64,000 nucleotides of DNA. It comes from an uncultured Nitrososphaerota archaeon. Lineage in GTDB: Archaea > Thermoproteota > Nitrososphaeria > Nitrososphaerales > Gagatemarchaeaceae. Below the pieces are notes generated by a model. The model was given only the letters and a program-made list of their open reading frames with translations, did not search any database and was not told where the DNA came from. The stretch spans positions 1,632,001 through 1,696,000 of the forward strand of contig OY969807.1 in NCBI GenBank assembly GCA_963703285.1, written 5' to 3'. Below, one piece after another: positions 39,695 through 48,560 of the stretch; the first letter of the stretch is position 1; every line of letters begins with the position of its first letter. A program made the position numbers and the translations under genes.

Positions 39695-40360
39695 ATGAAA
39701 TCTGCAACGCATAGTGCAGAGGTACCTGGCCCCAAACCGAAGGACAGCCCTGAAGTGCCTAGGGTACCCGACTTCGGAACCTACCATCATTCATCAATGA
39801 GAGAGTCCGTGAGCACGAGAACAAAGATCAGGGCCATCTTCGCGGAAGCCTTTGAAGCTCTGCCGTTTGACAGGAACGAGCGCTTACGAATCTTAGACAT
39901 GGGATGCGGACTCGGCTTCCTCTCGACCGTCTGTGCCGAGCGCTATTCCCGCGCCCTCATCACGGGTGTCGACACCTTCGCCCACTCGAGCCTTAAGGGT
40001 TCCAGTATCGCGAGGGCTAAAGAGAATTCTGAGATTCTAGGGTTCTCGGACAGGATAACGTTCGAGGAGGGAGACATTCTAACCGCTGACTTCAGACGAA
40101 AGACGTTCGAGCTTTTCGTCTCCAACCTCGTGTTCCACAATCTCGGAGAAAGACGATTCGAAGCATACCGGAGGGTAGCCTCTTGGATGCCCCCGGAAGC
40201 TTTTTGCTTGCTCGGTGACCTATTCTTCGAGCACAAGGCCGATCTAAAATTCCTCTCGACGATTTTCAACACCATCAAAGAGGTAAAACCCGCGAGAAGC
40301 TTGAGCGAGTACAGCCTCTTCGTGCTATCCGGGGCTCCCGCACCGATTCGTGTAACTTAG
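39695..40360 (+). CDS. Class I SAM-dependent methyltransferase
   Basis: ILDMGCGLG, VSNLVFHN; start uncertain. Confidence 0.82.
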   Translation: MKSATHSAEVPGPKPKDSPEVPRVPDFGTYHHSSMRESVSTRTKIRAIFAEAFEALPFDRNERLRILDMGCGLGFLSTVCAERYSRALITGVDTFAHSSLKGSSIARAKENSEILGFSDRITFEEGDILTADFRRKTFELFVSNLVFHNLGERRFEAYRRVASWMPPEAFCLLGDLFFEHKADLKFLSTIFNTIKEVKPARSLSEYSLFVLSGAPAPIRVT

Positions 40361-40409
40361 GTAGCTAACAATTTTCTGTATCCTAGTTATCCGGACAAAG
40401 GTATTAATC
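40357..40409 (+). repeat. Extended element copy I (core 40390-40409)
   Basis: TTAGGTAGCTAA-CAATTTTCTGTATCCTAGTTA-TCCGGACAAAGGTATTAATC. Confidence 0.85.
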
Positions 40410-40439
40410 GGAAGTCACCTATCCAAGCACCGATTCGGC

Positions 40440-41240
40440 GTGGAATCTCAACGAAGAGCCATCGGGAAAACAGCGGCAGCCGTAATCATCGTTGCCGTAA
40501 TCCTGGTCGGTGTGACAGCCGTAGAATTACTGACCACTTCCAATTCGTTCTGCGGTCAGCCAGCTTATCTCGTCACACTCGCCTCAAAGGTGGAGCAGAC
40601 GCAAAGCTTCGCCCAGCAGTCGCATGGGTTGAGCTACGTGCTCGCATCGGGCAATAATCAAACCGAGACTGGAGAGGCCAACGGAAACTCAATCTTCTAT
40701 CCGCCGGAGACGGACCTGATCTTCTACTCATACGGTACCGCTTCGACTCCGGCTTGCCCCAACCTTGACACCAGGGGCGTCGTCGGAGCACTCTGGATTC
40801 AAGTCCCAGTCAATATCAACGGTTCATACAATCTCATGACCATGTCGGTCTACTTCACGCCCGGAGTCCTCACCAACAACACGGTACTCACTACAATAAC
40901 CAACAACACAACTTCCCTCCTTGACTATTGTAATAGTACTCAAGGGACTGGCCTCTACGTCACCGTGCTATCGGACGCAGGTCAGCCAATACAAGGAGTT
41001 CAGGTCGGGGGCACCATGGTAGGTCAGATGAATGGCGGAATGTGCTACTATGGCATAGGCCCCTACACCACGAACTCGACGGGCAGCGTCCTCATCACTC
41101 CAAACATCGGCAGCTACTATCTGCTCACCGTGCAGTATCAGGGCAAGAACTACACCGCCAAGGCGCCGATCGAACCGATGTTAACGACCTACGTGACCCT
41201 GAAAGTTCCCTCAGGCAACGTCACTATCACCGAAGAATGA
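40440..41240 (+). CDS. Two-domain membrane-anchored secreted protein
   Basis: RRAIGK plus TM; domain 1 resembles 18916-19560, domain 2 resembles 41885-42373. Confidence 0.85.
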   Translation: MESQRRAIGKTAAAVIIVAVILVGVTAVELLTTSNSFCGQPAYLVTLASKVEQTQSFAQQSHGLSYVLASGNNQTETGEANGNSIFYPPETDLIFYSYGTASTPACPNLDTRGVVGALWIQVPVNINGSYNLMTMSVYFTPGVLTNNTVLTTITNNTTSLLDYCNSTQGTGLYVTVLSDAGQPIQGVQVGGTMVGQMNGGMCYYGIGPYTTNSTGSVLITPNIGSYYLLTVQYQGKNYTAKAPIEPMLTTYVTLKVPSGNVTITEE

Positions 41241-41345
41241 CCTAGCACTCGCGGACCGTTAGAAACGTCCTCATTGCGGATTCCGACAGACCGGTGAGCT
41301 TTCGAATCTCAGAATCGACTCCCGACAGCCCGAAGGTGGAGGTGT

Positions 41346-41684
41346 CTATATGGCGAGGCCGAACTTGGCCACGAACGCCTCGATCTCCTTTACCCGATTA
41401 ACGAAGTCGAGGCCCCTCGTGGTGAGCGTGTATGTCTTGGTGGAGCCGTCCCGCTTCTCCTGTATCAGTCTCTGCGAGACCAGCTCTCTCAGATACTTGG
41501 CCGATCTCCCCCCTGAGAGGTTCGCATAGGAGACTATCTTGGATGACTTGCTTGGGCCTTCGTCCCTTATGGACTGGAGGATGTCGAGACGTATCTTGAG
41601 GGCTGTCCTGGGGCGCTCATCCGGCGGCACCGCCGCTTTGGCAGGAGGAGGTTGATGGGGAGACCGAGCCCGGGAGGCTGACAC
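41346..41684 (-). CDS. Winged-helix transcriptional regulator
   Basis: RT..IRLDIL...IVSYANLS...YL.EL...YTLTTRG. Confidence 0.8.
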   Translation of the reverse strand: MSASRARSPHQPPPAKAAVPPDERPRTALKIRLDILQSIRDEGPSKSSKIVSYANLSGGRSAKYLRELVSQRLIQEKRDGSTKTYTLTTRGLDFVNRVKEIEAFVAKFGLAI

Positions 41685-41835
41685 GTGAGACTCTCGCGAG
41701 GTTCGGCCGCAGCATATTTACCGGAATTCCCAGAACTCTCCTAAATCGTTAGAGAATCGCGCCCTAATGCTGCATTCGGGGGGTGTAACACTTGACGCCG
41801 TTCTCCATCGACAGTACGACCCAGCCGAGTCGCCG

Positions 41836-41855
41836 TTCGGCCATAACTATTAATC
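41836..41855 (+). repeat. Dispersed element copy J
   Basis: TTCGGCCATAACTATTAATC. Confidence 0.85.
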
Positions 41856-41884
41856 AAGAATCACCTCCCGACTACTGACCCGGC

Positions 41885-42373
41885 GTGGAAGCTCGACCGA
41901 GAGCAAGGTCCACATTCGACCAAATCTTAGTCATTACCATAGTCGTCCTTTCGGTCGCGGTGGTCGTCATAGGCGTCGGATTGTACATCACCACCGGCCC
42001 ACACCCCTCCACGCTCCCCTGCTTCGAAACCGGGTTCATCGGAACGCTGTACGTCCGGGTGGTCGCGGACGGCACGAACCAGTCTGTCTCTGGGGCCAAA
42101 GTCACCGCAGATATCTCCAACTACTGCGGTTCTGACGAGACCATTGACATGGGTGTGACCAACTCCACGGGGTACTCGAGCGGATGGAGCTGGTCGGCTA
42201 ACTATACCATGTCTGTCGTGTACGTTAGCACGAGCTACACGTTCGCTGTCCAGGTCTCTGGAGGCGTGGACATAGCGACACTTAGCGTTCCGTCTGGCGT
42301 CGTGGTAGAGATTACGACTGGGGTTGGATCCAACAGCACCGCCAATTCTACCACCACAGTCACCGCATATTAA
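41885..42373 (+). CDS. Membrane-anchored secreted protein
   Basis: TM, LYVRVVAD...TNSTG...LSVPSG. Confidence 0.82.
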   Translation: MEARPRARSTFDQILVITIVVLSVAVVVIGVGLYITTGPHPSTLPCFETGFIGTLYVRVVADGTNQSVSGAKVTADISNYCGSDETIDMGVTNSTGYSSGWSWSANYTMSVVYVSTSYTFAVQVSGGVDIATLSVPSGVVVEITTGVGSNSTANSTTTVTAY

Positions 42374-42395
42374 TCGCTCAATTCTGGACGTTTTT

Positions 42396-42415
42396 CATTA
42401 ATAGTTTTGTCCGAA
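42396..42415 (-). repeat. Dispersed element copy K (inverted relative to J)
   Basis: TTCGGACAAAACTATTAATG. Confidence 0.9.
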
Positions 42416-42463
42416 CCAAGACGCTGGGTCAGTGGCGTGTCTGATTGCAGATTCGCCCACACG

Positions 42464-43360
42464 TCAATGGACCCACACGCCCACGAGTACGACGAATCCG
42501 AGCAGCATGGGTATTGGCAATCCCGGGAGAGCAGGATGCTTCCCTGCCCTTAGGATGTAGAACGTGATTAGGGCCCCGAGCACGACCACCGCCATGACCA
42601 ATGCTCCGGTGAGAGCGCTCAGCTCTAGACCCACCATCGTGATTATCGAGTAGAAGACGATATCTCCGAGTCCTATCCCCGATTCGCCTATGTGGGCCAC
42701 GAGCATCTCTCCGATGCTGACTCCGTGCCTCTCACTCGTATCGCGCTTGTCGTCTTCTTTAATGTCGGACACCATCTTGCCGAGCGGCCCTCTCAGCACA
42801 GCGTACAGATCCCAGACGGCCATAATCCCACAGAGCGCCAGGAGGGTCACCAAGGGGAACAGGAGGACCATCAGCATCGCCGTGCCAGTCCCCAGCCAGA
42901 CCTGGAACGGAAGCCTGAGCGCCGAAGACCACAGCCTAGAGATTCCCGACTTGCTGGATAGAAGGAAGGCGACGGCGAGCAAGATTGCAATCGCCACGGC
43001 CGCGTACCACTCGATCCACCAGTAGGCCACCAGCGCAATCAAGAACGAACTGGTCGCGAATGCCGCCCCCGTGATGAGCGGGAGGACCCACGTCTTCCTC
43101 TTCTTCACCAGATAGGCCATGACGAACGTGAAGGCGATTATGGGGACGACATAGATCAGGGCGACGCTGAACTCCGAGGGAGCACTCGTCCCTGCCACAC
43201 TGTACTGAAGGTTGTTGCCGGTTATGTACTGCACGAGCGGGTCGTTCACTTCGTAGAGCACTGCGGCGAGCACCGTAAGGACAAGCACGAACAGGACGGG
43301 CGGGAAGACGTCCGCGAGCACTTTCGCGGCTGTCGGCCTGCCATCTGTCTCGGGGTTCAT
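42464..43360 (-). CDS. Presenilin/SPP-like (A22) intramembrane aspartyl protease
   Basis: WDLYAV, IGLGD, PALP motifs, multi-TM. Confidence 0.85.
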   Translation of the reverse strand: MNPETDGRPTAAKVLADVFPPVLFVLVLTVLAAVLYEVNDPLVQYITGNNLQYSVAGTSAPSEFSVALIYVVPIIAFTFVMAYLVKKRKTWVLPLITGAAFATSSFLIALVAYWWIEWYAAVAIAILLAVAFLLSSKSGISRLWSSALRLPFQVWLGTGTAMLMVLLFPLVTLLALCGIMAVWDLYAVLRGPLGKMVSDIKEDDKRDTSERHGVSIGEMLVAHIGESGIGLGDIVFYSIITMVGLELSALTGALVMAVVVLGALITFYILRAGKHPALPGLPIPMLLGFVVLVGVWVH

Positions 43361-43511
43361 TCCATCACATCCTTCGCTCCTACTTCAATCCATCCCGGCA
43401 ATGGAGGAAGATAACGTTTGCCGGGGCGATACTATTGCCAGCCTCCGTGATTTAAACCGCCGCTTAAACGTTAATCTAAGATGGGGCATCCGGCCCGCCG
43501 GTGCCGATCGG

Positions 43512-44471
43512 GTGGAGCGCGATTCTCACGACATCGAATATTGCGAACTCCGAATGGCCGACGTCCCCTCGTTTGAGAAGGTAGTGCTCCAGGGCATCGG
43601 TAAGTTCGAGCGGGCGACCGGCCTCGATCAGGTGGCGGCTACGCAGTTTCAGTCTCTCGAAAGTCGCAGCAATTGGGCTCTCATCACGTTCGTCCGGAAA
43701 CTAGGCGACGTGTTAGGCATGGCGCCGAACCTCACCTTCGTCGGTGTTTCTCAGGGTCAGGTCTTGGGTACAGCTTCGATAATCTTGCTCCACAAGACCG
43801 GATACATCATGGGCGTCGCGACCGACCCTTCTGCACGCCGCCGCGGAATCGCGACGCATCTCCTCGAGCAGGCGCACCTTGCCGCCCAAAAGAGAGGAAG
43901 GGCATGGCTGGCCCTCGATGTCGAGTCAGAGAACGAAGCCGCCGCCCGCGTCTACCAAAGGCTCGGCTATCGGGAGAAGGCGGTGTTCTCATGGTATACC
44001 GGTCAGCCTCCAGTCATGAACGCCAACGTCACCGGCATCGTGAATGAGGTACCCAATTCCCGGATGGGCGAAGTCGCTTCATGGGTCGCCCACAATCAGA
44101 CCCCGGCAATCCACGAAGCCTTTCCCGCCACGAAACGAAGGCTGTCGCACTTCGAGATCGTCACGAAGCTGCCCGGGTCGCCTGTGAAGACGTGGGAACT
44201 CTCCGGTTCGGGCCGCACCGCGGCGGTGGTCCGAGGATCCTACCTACCAGCCATCAAGGCAGGCTATGTGATTCCAGCATCCCCGGACCAAGCTCTCCCT
44301 GCAGACTCCCTCGTCGCCCTGCTGACCCCGGCAGCGAGTTGGCTCCGCTCTCTCGGAGCCACTCGGATGGTGGTACCCATACCAGAACCCACCGATTCAT
44401 ACACGCCCACCATGGCTGCCCTCGGTCTGACCAAGGCCGTCTCGACCGCGCTCATGATCCGGCCGGCGTGA
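43512..44471 (+). CDS. GNAT acetyltransferase
   Basis: VATDPSARRRGIA, NEAAARVYQRLGY; start uncertain. Confidence 0.82.
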   Translation: MERDSHDIEYCELRMADVPSFEKVVLQGIGKFERATGLDQVAATQFQSLESRSNWALITFVRKLGDVLGMAPNLTFVGVSQGQVLGTASIILLHKTGYIMGVATDPSARRRGIATHLLEQAHLAAQKRGRAWLALDVESENEAAARVYQRLGYREKAVFSWYTGQPPVMNANVTGIVNEVPNSRMGEVASWVAHNQTPAIHEAFPATKRRLSHFEIVTKLPGSPVKTWELSGSGRTAAVVRGSYLPAIKAGYVIPASPDQALPADSLVALLTPAASWLRSLGATRMVVPIPEPTDSYTPTMAALGLTKAVSTALMIRPA

Positions 44472-44551
44472 AGGCTCTCATTTCAAGCACCTGCCATCCA
44501 ATGCTTATATCGCTCACAACCGTCCAACTGTATCGATACGCTGACCATATC

Positions 44552-44872
44552 ATGATCATCGAAGTCTGGGAAGACATGGTCTGTCCCTGGTGCTACATCG
44601 GCGAGCGACGCCTCGAGACCGCTCTCGAGAGCTTTCCCCACAGATCAGAGGTGCAGATAGTCCGCCGCAGTTTCGAGCTGGACCTCTCCGCCCCCGTGAA
44701 CGCAGGCAAGAAGCAGAACATCCCCGAGATGCTCAGCGCCAAGTACGGCATCAGCCTCGAAGACACGACCCGGCGCGAGATGCAAGTCGCCGGACTGGCC
44801 AATGACGACGGCCTTACAATAAATCCCGACCGCGTGTTCACCAACACCCGCGCGGCGTCCCGCTGTACGTAG
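44552..44872 (+). pseudogene. Truncated DsbA/FrnE-like oxidoreductase
   Basis: DMVCPWCYIGERR, RSFEL; ends near the midpoint of the family length. Confidence 0.75.
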
Positions 44873-45105
44873 TGGACCGAAGATACGGCGTGTCGGGTGC
44901 CCAGCCGGCTGCCGTCTTCCTAGAGTTGCTCGAGAGAGCTTGGCAGGACGGGAAAATGGCCGGCCCAACCGCCGAGCCTCCGACGGCGACCAAACCCCCT
45001 GACGCGCCGACGACTTTGCCGCAAGGATAGACGCTACACCAAGTGGAGTCTTTACTAACAATCCCTCTACCATACTAAACCAGAGGACCACCAGCATTAC
45101 TGTGA

Positions 45106-45480
45106 ATGATAACCGCTGCCCGTGCGAGATCATCCTCTGCCGGTAATCGCTCAGCGCGGGCAGGCCCGTTTCTCCTAATGTCTCTCCTAGCCCTAGGGAT
45201 GCTTTCGGCGCTTCTGCGGCGCACGCCGAAGTCCTCGGGAGCTGGAATCCAACTGCAAGCCTTCCGGTCAGTAACACCAGTACATCATGCGCAGCGTATG
45301 GCGGTTACGTCTATTGTCTCGCCGACAATCAGGCGTTCTATGCTGCGCTCTCCTCCTCGGCTGTTGGTGAATGGAATAACACGACGGGCTACCCGGGACC
45401 CGCAAGTTACTATCCTCCATCATGTACGGCTAGCGAGGGCTACATCTTTATTGCGCAACCACGGAACGAGCCAATCTTGA
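45106..45480 (+). pseudogene. Remnant of a secreted kelch-like beta-propeller protein
   Basis: Alternative frame reads GSWNPTASLP...SCAAYGGYVYCL...SSSAVGEWNNTTGYP...SCTASEGYIF. Confidence 0.55.
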
Positions 45481-45530
45481 CCCTGACACGGGTCCTGATT
45501 TGAACAGACACCCGGCGCGTTAGCTCGCTG

Positions 45531-45833
45531 TCACTTTCGTTCCTTCGCGGCGGCCGCTTCCTCCGCTAAGAGCTGAACGAGCAGGCTCTGAGCATTGGAT
45601 ATCTCGCGCAGGTCCCTTCTTGCCTGGAAGACGAGTTGAGCCTGCTCCATCACGAGCTGCTCGATCTTCTCCAGCCATCGAACGGCGACAGGGTCAGAAT
45701 CCTTCAGGTGCTCCTTGGCCGTCTCGACCTCCATCAGCATCACTTGGTCCAAGTTTATGGAATCGTGCAGGGACTTGTCGGTCTTCTGGTAGAGCGATGA
45801 CAATTGTTTGGTAACGCCGGGAAGGCGAACCAA
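45531..45833 (-). CDS. Small helical hypothetical protein
   Basis: Host-like codon usage, amphipathic helices. Confidence 0.6.
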   Translation of the reverse strand: MVRLPGVTKQLSSLYQKTDKSLHDSINLDQVMLMEVETAKEHLKDSDPVAVRWLEKIEQLVMEQAQLVFQARRDLREISNAQSLLVQLLAEEAAAAKERK

Positions 45834-46092
45834 TTTTTTGATAATTTAACCGTTTGGAACATTGTTCTATGGCCGCGACCCTAGCCTCGGAAACCCGATT
45901 TTGCGTATCATACCCAACGTGGTCCGCCACCATCGCGGTACATTTCCCCCATCTTTTGTTGTGTAACACTTATATTGGCCTAGTATATCCATCATCCTGA
46001 GCGGCTTCGGAAGAGGCCGTGGAGGCAGAGCTGGGGGAGGACGTATACTCTCCCCTATGACTCTCCGAAAACTCCAGATTTCTCAAGACATG

Positions 46093-46587
46093 CTAAGTGA
46101 TTGCAACCACAGGAACTGTCTCAGCAGCATCACCTTGATTTTGAAATAGAACGATTATTACCAAGTTGTAGTTCATCCCGGCTGTGACGTTCCACACAGG
46201 AATCGACCCCGTCGCGGTTGCGCCCACGGGCAGAACATTCACAGGGCTGACTAAATTCCCGTCATAGCTCAGCCCTATTGCCGTCGCTCCAGGCACATCG
46301 GTAGCGTTGGTAACCCACACCCTCGCTATGGGTAGGGAGGCCGAATTCAGGACGGTCATGTTGAGTTGGCTGGAACCCTGTGGAGGCGCGGTTATCACCG
46401 CAGCCACACTCACAAAAAGGTACGGTCCGGGTCCATCGCCGCTCAAGGGAGCAGGCCTCCCAATCAGACCGGCTTCGTCGGCATATCCAAACGCCCCCAT
46501 GGCGATGATTGCGGCCATGACCAACGCCGACGCAACTACCCGGTGAGTGCTTTTCGTGCCCGACTTCCCCGCTGCACGCGTTTGCAG
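46093..46587 (-). CDS. Membrane-anchored pilin-like/beta-sandwich protein (start uncertain)
   Basis: N-terminal TM then LNMTVLN...VLPVGATATGS...VTAG.NY.L.I. Confidence 0.6.
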   Translation of the reverse strand: MQTRAAGKSGTKSTHRVVASALVMAAIIAMGAFGYADEAGLIGRPAPLSGDGPGPYLFVSVAAVITAPPQGSSQLNMTVLNSASLPIARVWVTNATDVPGATAIGLSYDGNLVSPVNVLPVGATATGSIPVWNVTAGMNYNLVIIVLFQNQGDAAETVPVVAIT

Positions 46588-46693
46588 ACGCTCCTTTAGG
46601 AATTCTCCCTCGAGGACAAACGGCAGTACCTCGAAACAGCCAGGAATCACCAACAGGTTTAGAGGGGCCCCGGTAGCACCTCCAAAACGAAGA

Positions 46694-47353
46694 TTGTACA
46701 ACCCGCGCTGGTTCAAAGAAGACAGGCTCGAGTTCCTCCATGCCGAGATGAAAAAGATCGGCTTCGGCACCCTCATCACCACCACGCCCGACTCTGCAAT
46801 TTTCGCCAGTCACATCCCAATCATGCTGGACAAGACGAAGGGAGAACACGGGACGCTCTTCGGGCACATCGCGCGTGGGAATGCGCAGTGGCGGAAGACG
46901 AGCGCTGGCAGCGAGGCCCTGGTGGTGTTCCTTGGGCCCGACGCCTACATAACGCCGAGGTGGTACCAGACCAAGAAGGAGGACGGCAAGGTGGTTCCGA
47001 CTTGGAACTACGTGGCGATTCACGTCAGAGGCCCCATCACCTTCTTCGAGGACCCCGAGCGCCTGAGGGAGGCGGTCACGAGGCTGACGGACCACCACGA
47101 ATCGGCAGCCGGCGACCCGTGGGAGGTGAGCGACGCCCCTGCCGGCTACATAGAGGCGCAACTCAGGTCGATAGTCGGCTTCGAGATTCCTGTCTCGAGC
47201 ATCGAAGGCAAGTGGAAGATGAACCAGAACCGCCCCGACACTGACCGCGCAGGCGTGATCGCCGGTCTGGAGGAGCGCGACCTGGCGCGCGACCGGGATG
47301 TCTCCACGGAAATGCGAGCGGGGAGCGACGATCCGAAGGCGCGCAGGAATTAA
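46694..47353 (+). CDS. FMN-binding negative transcriptional regulator (PaiB family)
   Basis: MYNPRWF, GHIARGN, YITPRWY, VPTWNY, GKWKMNQNR. Confidence 0.9.
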   Translation: MYNPRWFKEDRLEFLHAEMKKIGFGTLITTTPDSAIFASHIPIMLDKTKGEHGTLFGHIARGNAQWRKTSAGSEALVVFLGPDAYITPRWYQTKKEDGKVVPTWNYVAIHVRGPITFFEDPERLREAVTRLTDHHESAAGDPWEVSDAPAGYIEAQLRSIVGFEIPVSSIEGKWKMNQNRPDTDRAGVIAGLEERDLARDRDVSTEMRAGSDDPKARRN

Positions 47354-47382
47354 ATGGCAGACATCCACGGCGTGCCCACTCA

Positions 47383-47643
47383 GTGGTCCAGGTGACAATC
47401 CGCGTAAAGGTGCTCTACTTCGCGCAGGTCAGAGATGCCGCGGGAACCTACGAAGAATCGTACACTCTTCTTGATGGTGCGACGGTAGCCGAGCTGCTGA
47501 GCAGGATTTCATCCTCACACCAGAAGATTGGCAAGATAAGACGGATGATAAAGGCGGCCGTGAACGAAGACATGGCGGAGCCCGACCACCCGCTTCAGGA
47601 CAGGGACACGGTCGCGTTGTTCCCTCCGATCGCGGGCGGGTGA
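47383..47643 (+). CDS. MoaD/ThiS (SAMP-like) ubiquitin-like protein
   Basis: VLYFAQVRD, AVNE, C-terminal PPIAGG. Confidence 0.9.
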   Translation: MVQVTIRVKVLYFAQVRDAAGTYEESYTLLDGATVAELLSRISSSHQKIGKIRRMIKAAVNEDMAEPDHPLQDRDTVALFPPIAGG

Positions 47644-47680
47644 GTCGGCGAAGGCTGTACGACCGACGGAAGCGCTCTGA

Positions 47681-47959
47681 CTAGCCGAGGCAAACGACCC
47701 GAGCCCCCGACGATGGGAGCCACCAGAGGTAATCTCCTCTGAGGAGGAGGACCACCCCAGTACGGAGCGACGTATACGAAGCCGAGGCGAAAATCTCCGA
47801 CGTGGGAGCCGGAGTAACTAGGATTCCGCCGTAGCACGAACCATGCTGCTCGTACAGGCCAGGAGTGGGTACCCGCATCGGGACGACGGGAATGAAGAAG
47901 AAGGCCAGAACAACGAGGATGCAGAGTCCGGCTATCGTGGCCGCTCTTCTACGCCTCAT
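47681..47959 (-). CDS. Small membrane-anchored protein (FFFIPVVP family)
   Basis: Basic N-terminus, TM, similar to 19619-20032. Confidence 0.6.
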   Translation of the reverse strand: MRRRRAATIAGLCILVVLAFFFIPVVPMRVPTPGLYEQHGSCYGGILVTPAPTSEIFASASYTSLRTGVVLLLRGDYLWWLPSSGARVVCLG

Positions 47960-47988
47960 GAAATCACTTGATTCGGGCGCATCGGTCT

Positions 47989-48008
47989 GATTAGAAGCTT
48001 TGTCCGAA
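47989..48008 (-). repeat. Dispersed element copy L
   Basis: TTCGGACAAAGCTTCTAATC, 29 nt before ATG 47959. Confidence 0.75.
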
Positions 48009-48078
48009 TATGATGCAATTTGGATTGGAATGGAGTGCCGATATCTTTACAATCTCCGACACGGCCTTTCTAATCGAA

Positions 48079-48477
48079 TTGAAACGACTTCCGGATTCCG
48101 TCAAGAAACTCATCGCGTCGAAGACCTTCGCGAACGTCGCGACGCTAATGCCCGATGGGTCTCCTCAGGTGACGCAGACGTGGGTCGACCACGACGGCGA
48201 CATCGTCCTGATCAACACGCCCGAAGGAAGCCAGAAACACAGGAACGTCCTCAGGGATCCTAGAATCGCGCTCGACGTCTGTGACCCGACCAATCCTTTC
48301 AACGTCGCAGTGATTCGCGGGCGCGTCAAGGAGGTAACCTTTGAAGGCGCCGAGGAACACATCGACAAGATGGCGAAGAAATACATGGGTCTTGACAAAT
48401 ACCAAAGGCGGCAGCCGGGAAGACGCGTCCTCATCAAGGTCGAACCGACACACGTAACGGCTCCGTGGGGTTCCTGA
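48079..48477 (+). CDS. PPOX-class F420-dependent oxidoreductase
   Basis: ATLMPDGSPQVTQTW...KHRNVLRDPRIAL. Confidence 0.88.
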   Translation: MKRLPDSVKKLIASKTFANVATLMPDGSPQVTQTWVDHDGDIVLINTPEGSQKHRNVLRDPRIALDVCDPTNPFNVAVIRGRVKEVTFEGAEEHIDKMAKKYMGLDKYQRRQPGRRVLIKVEPTHVTAPWGS

Positions 48478-48560
48478 TAGTAGTGCGTCCGTCTGGGGAA
48501 CGGGGGAACACTTCTCGCTGAAGCTAAGCCTTTATCCTCCCTCCGAGGCTCACACGCTCT

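Noticed and set aside
17789-48008. The 20-bp element as CRISPR repeats or classical integron attC sites
   Set aside because: Spacing is hundreds to thousands of bp with mixed orientation and no cas genes. A GTT triplet is frequent, but no convincing 57+ bp R''-L''-L'-R' hairpin or integrase is visible.
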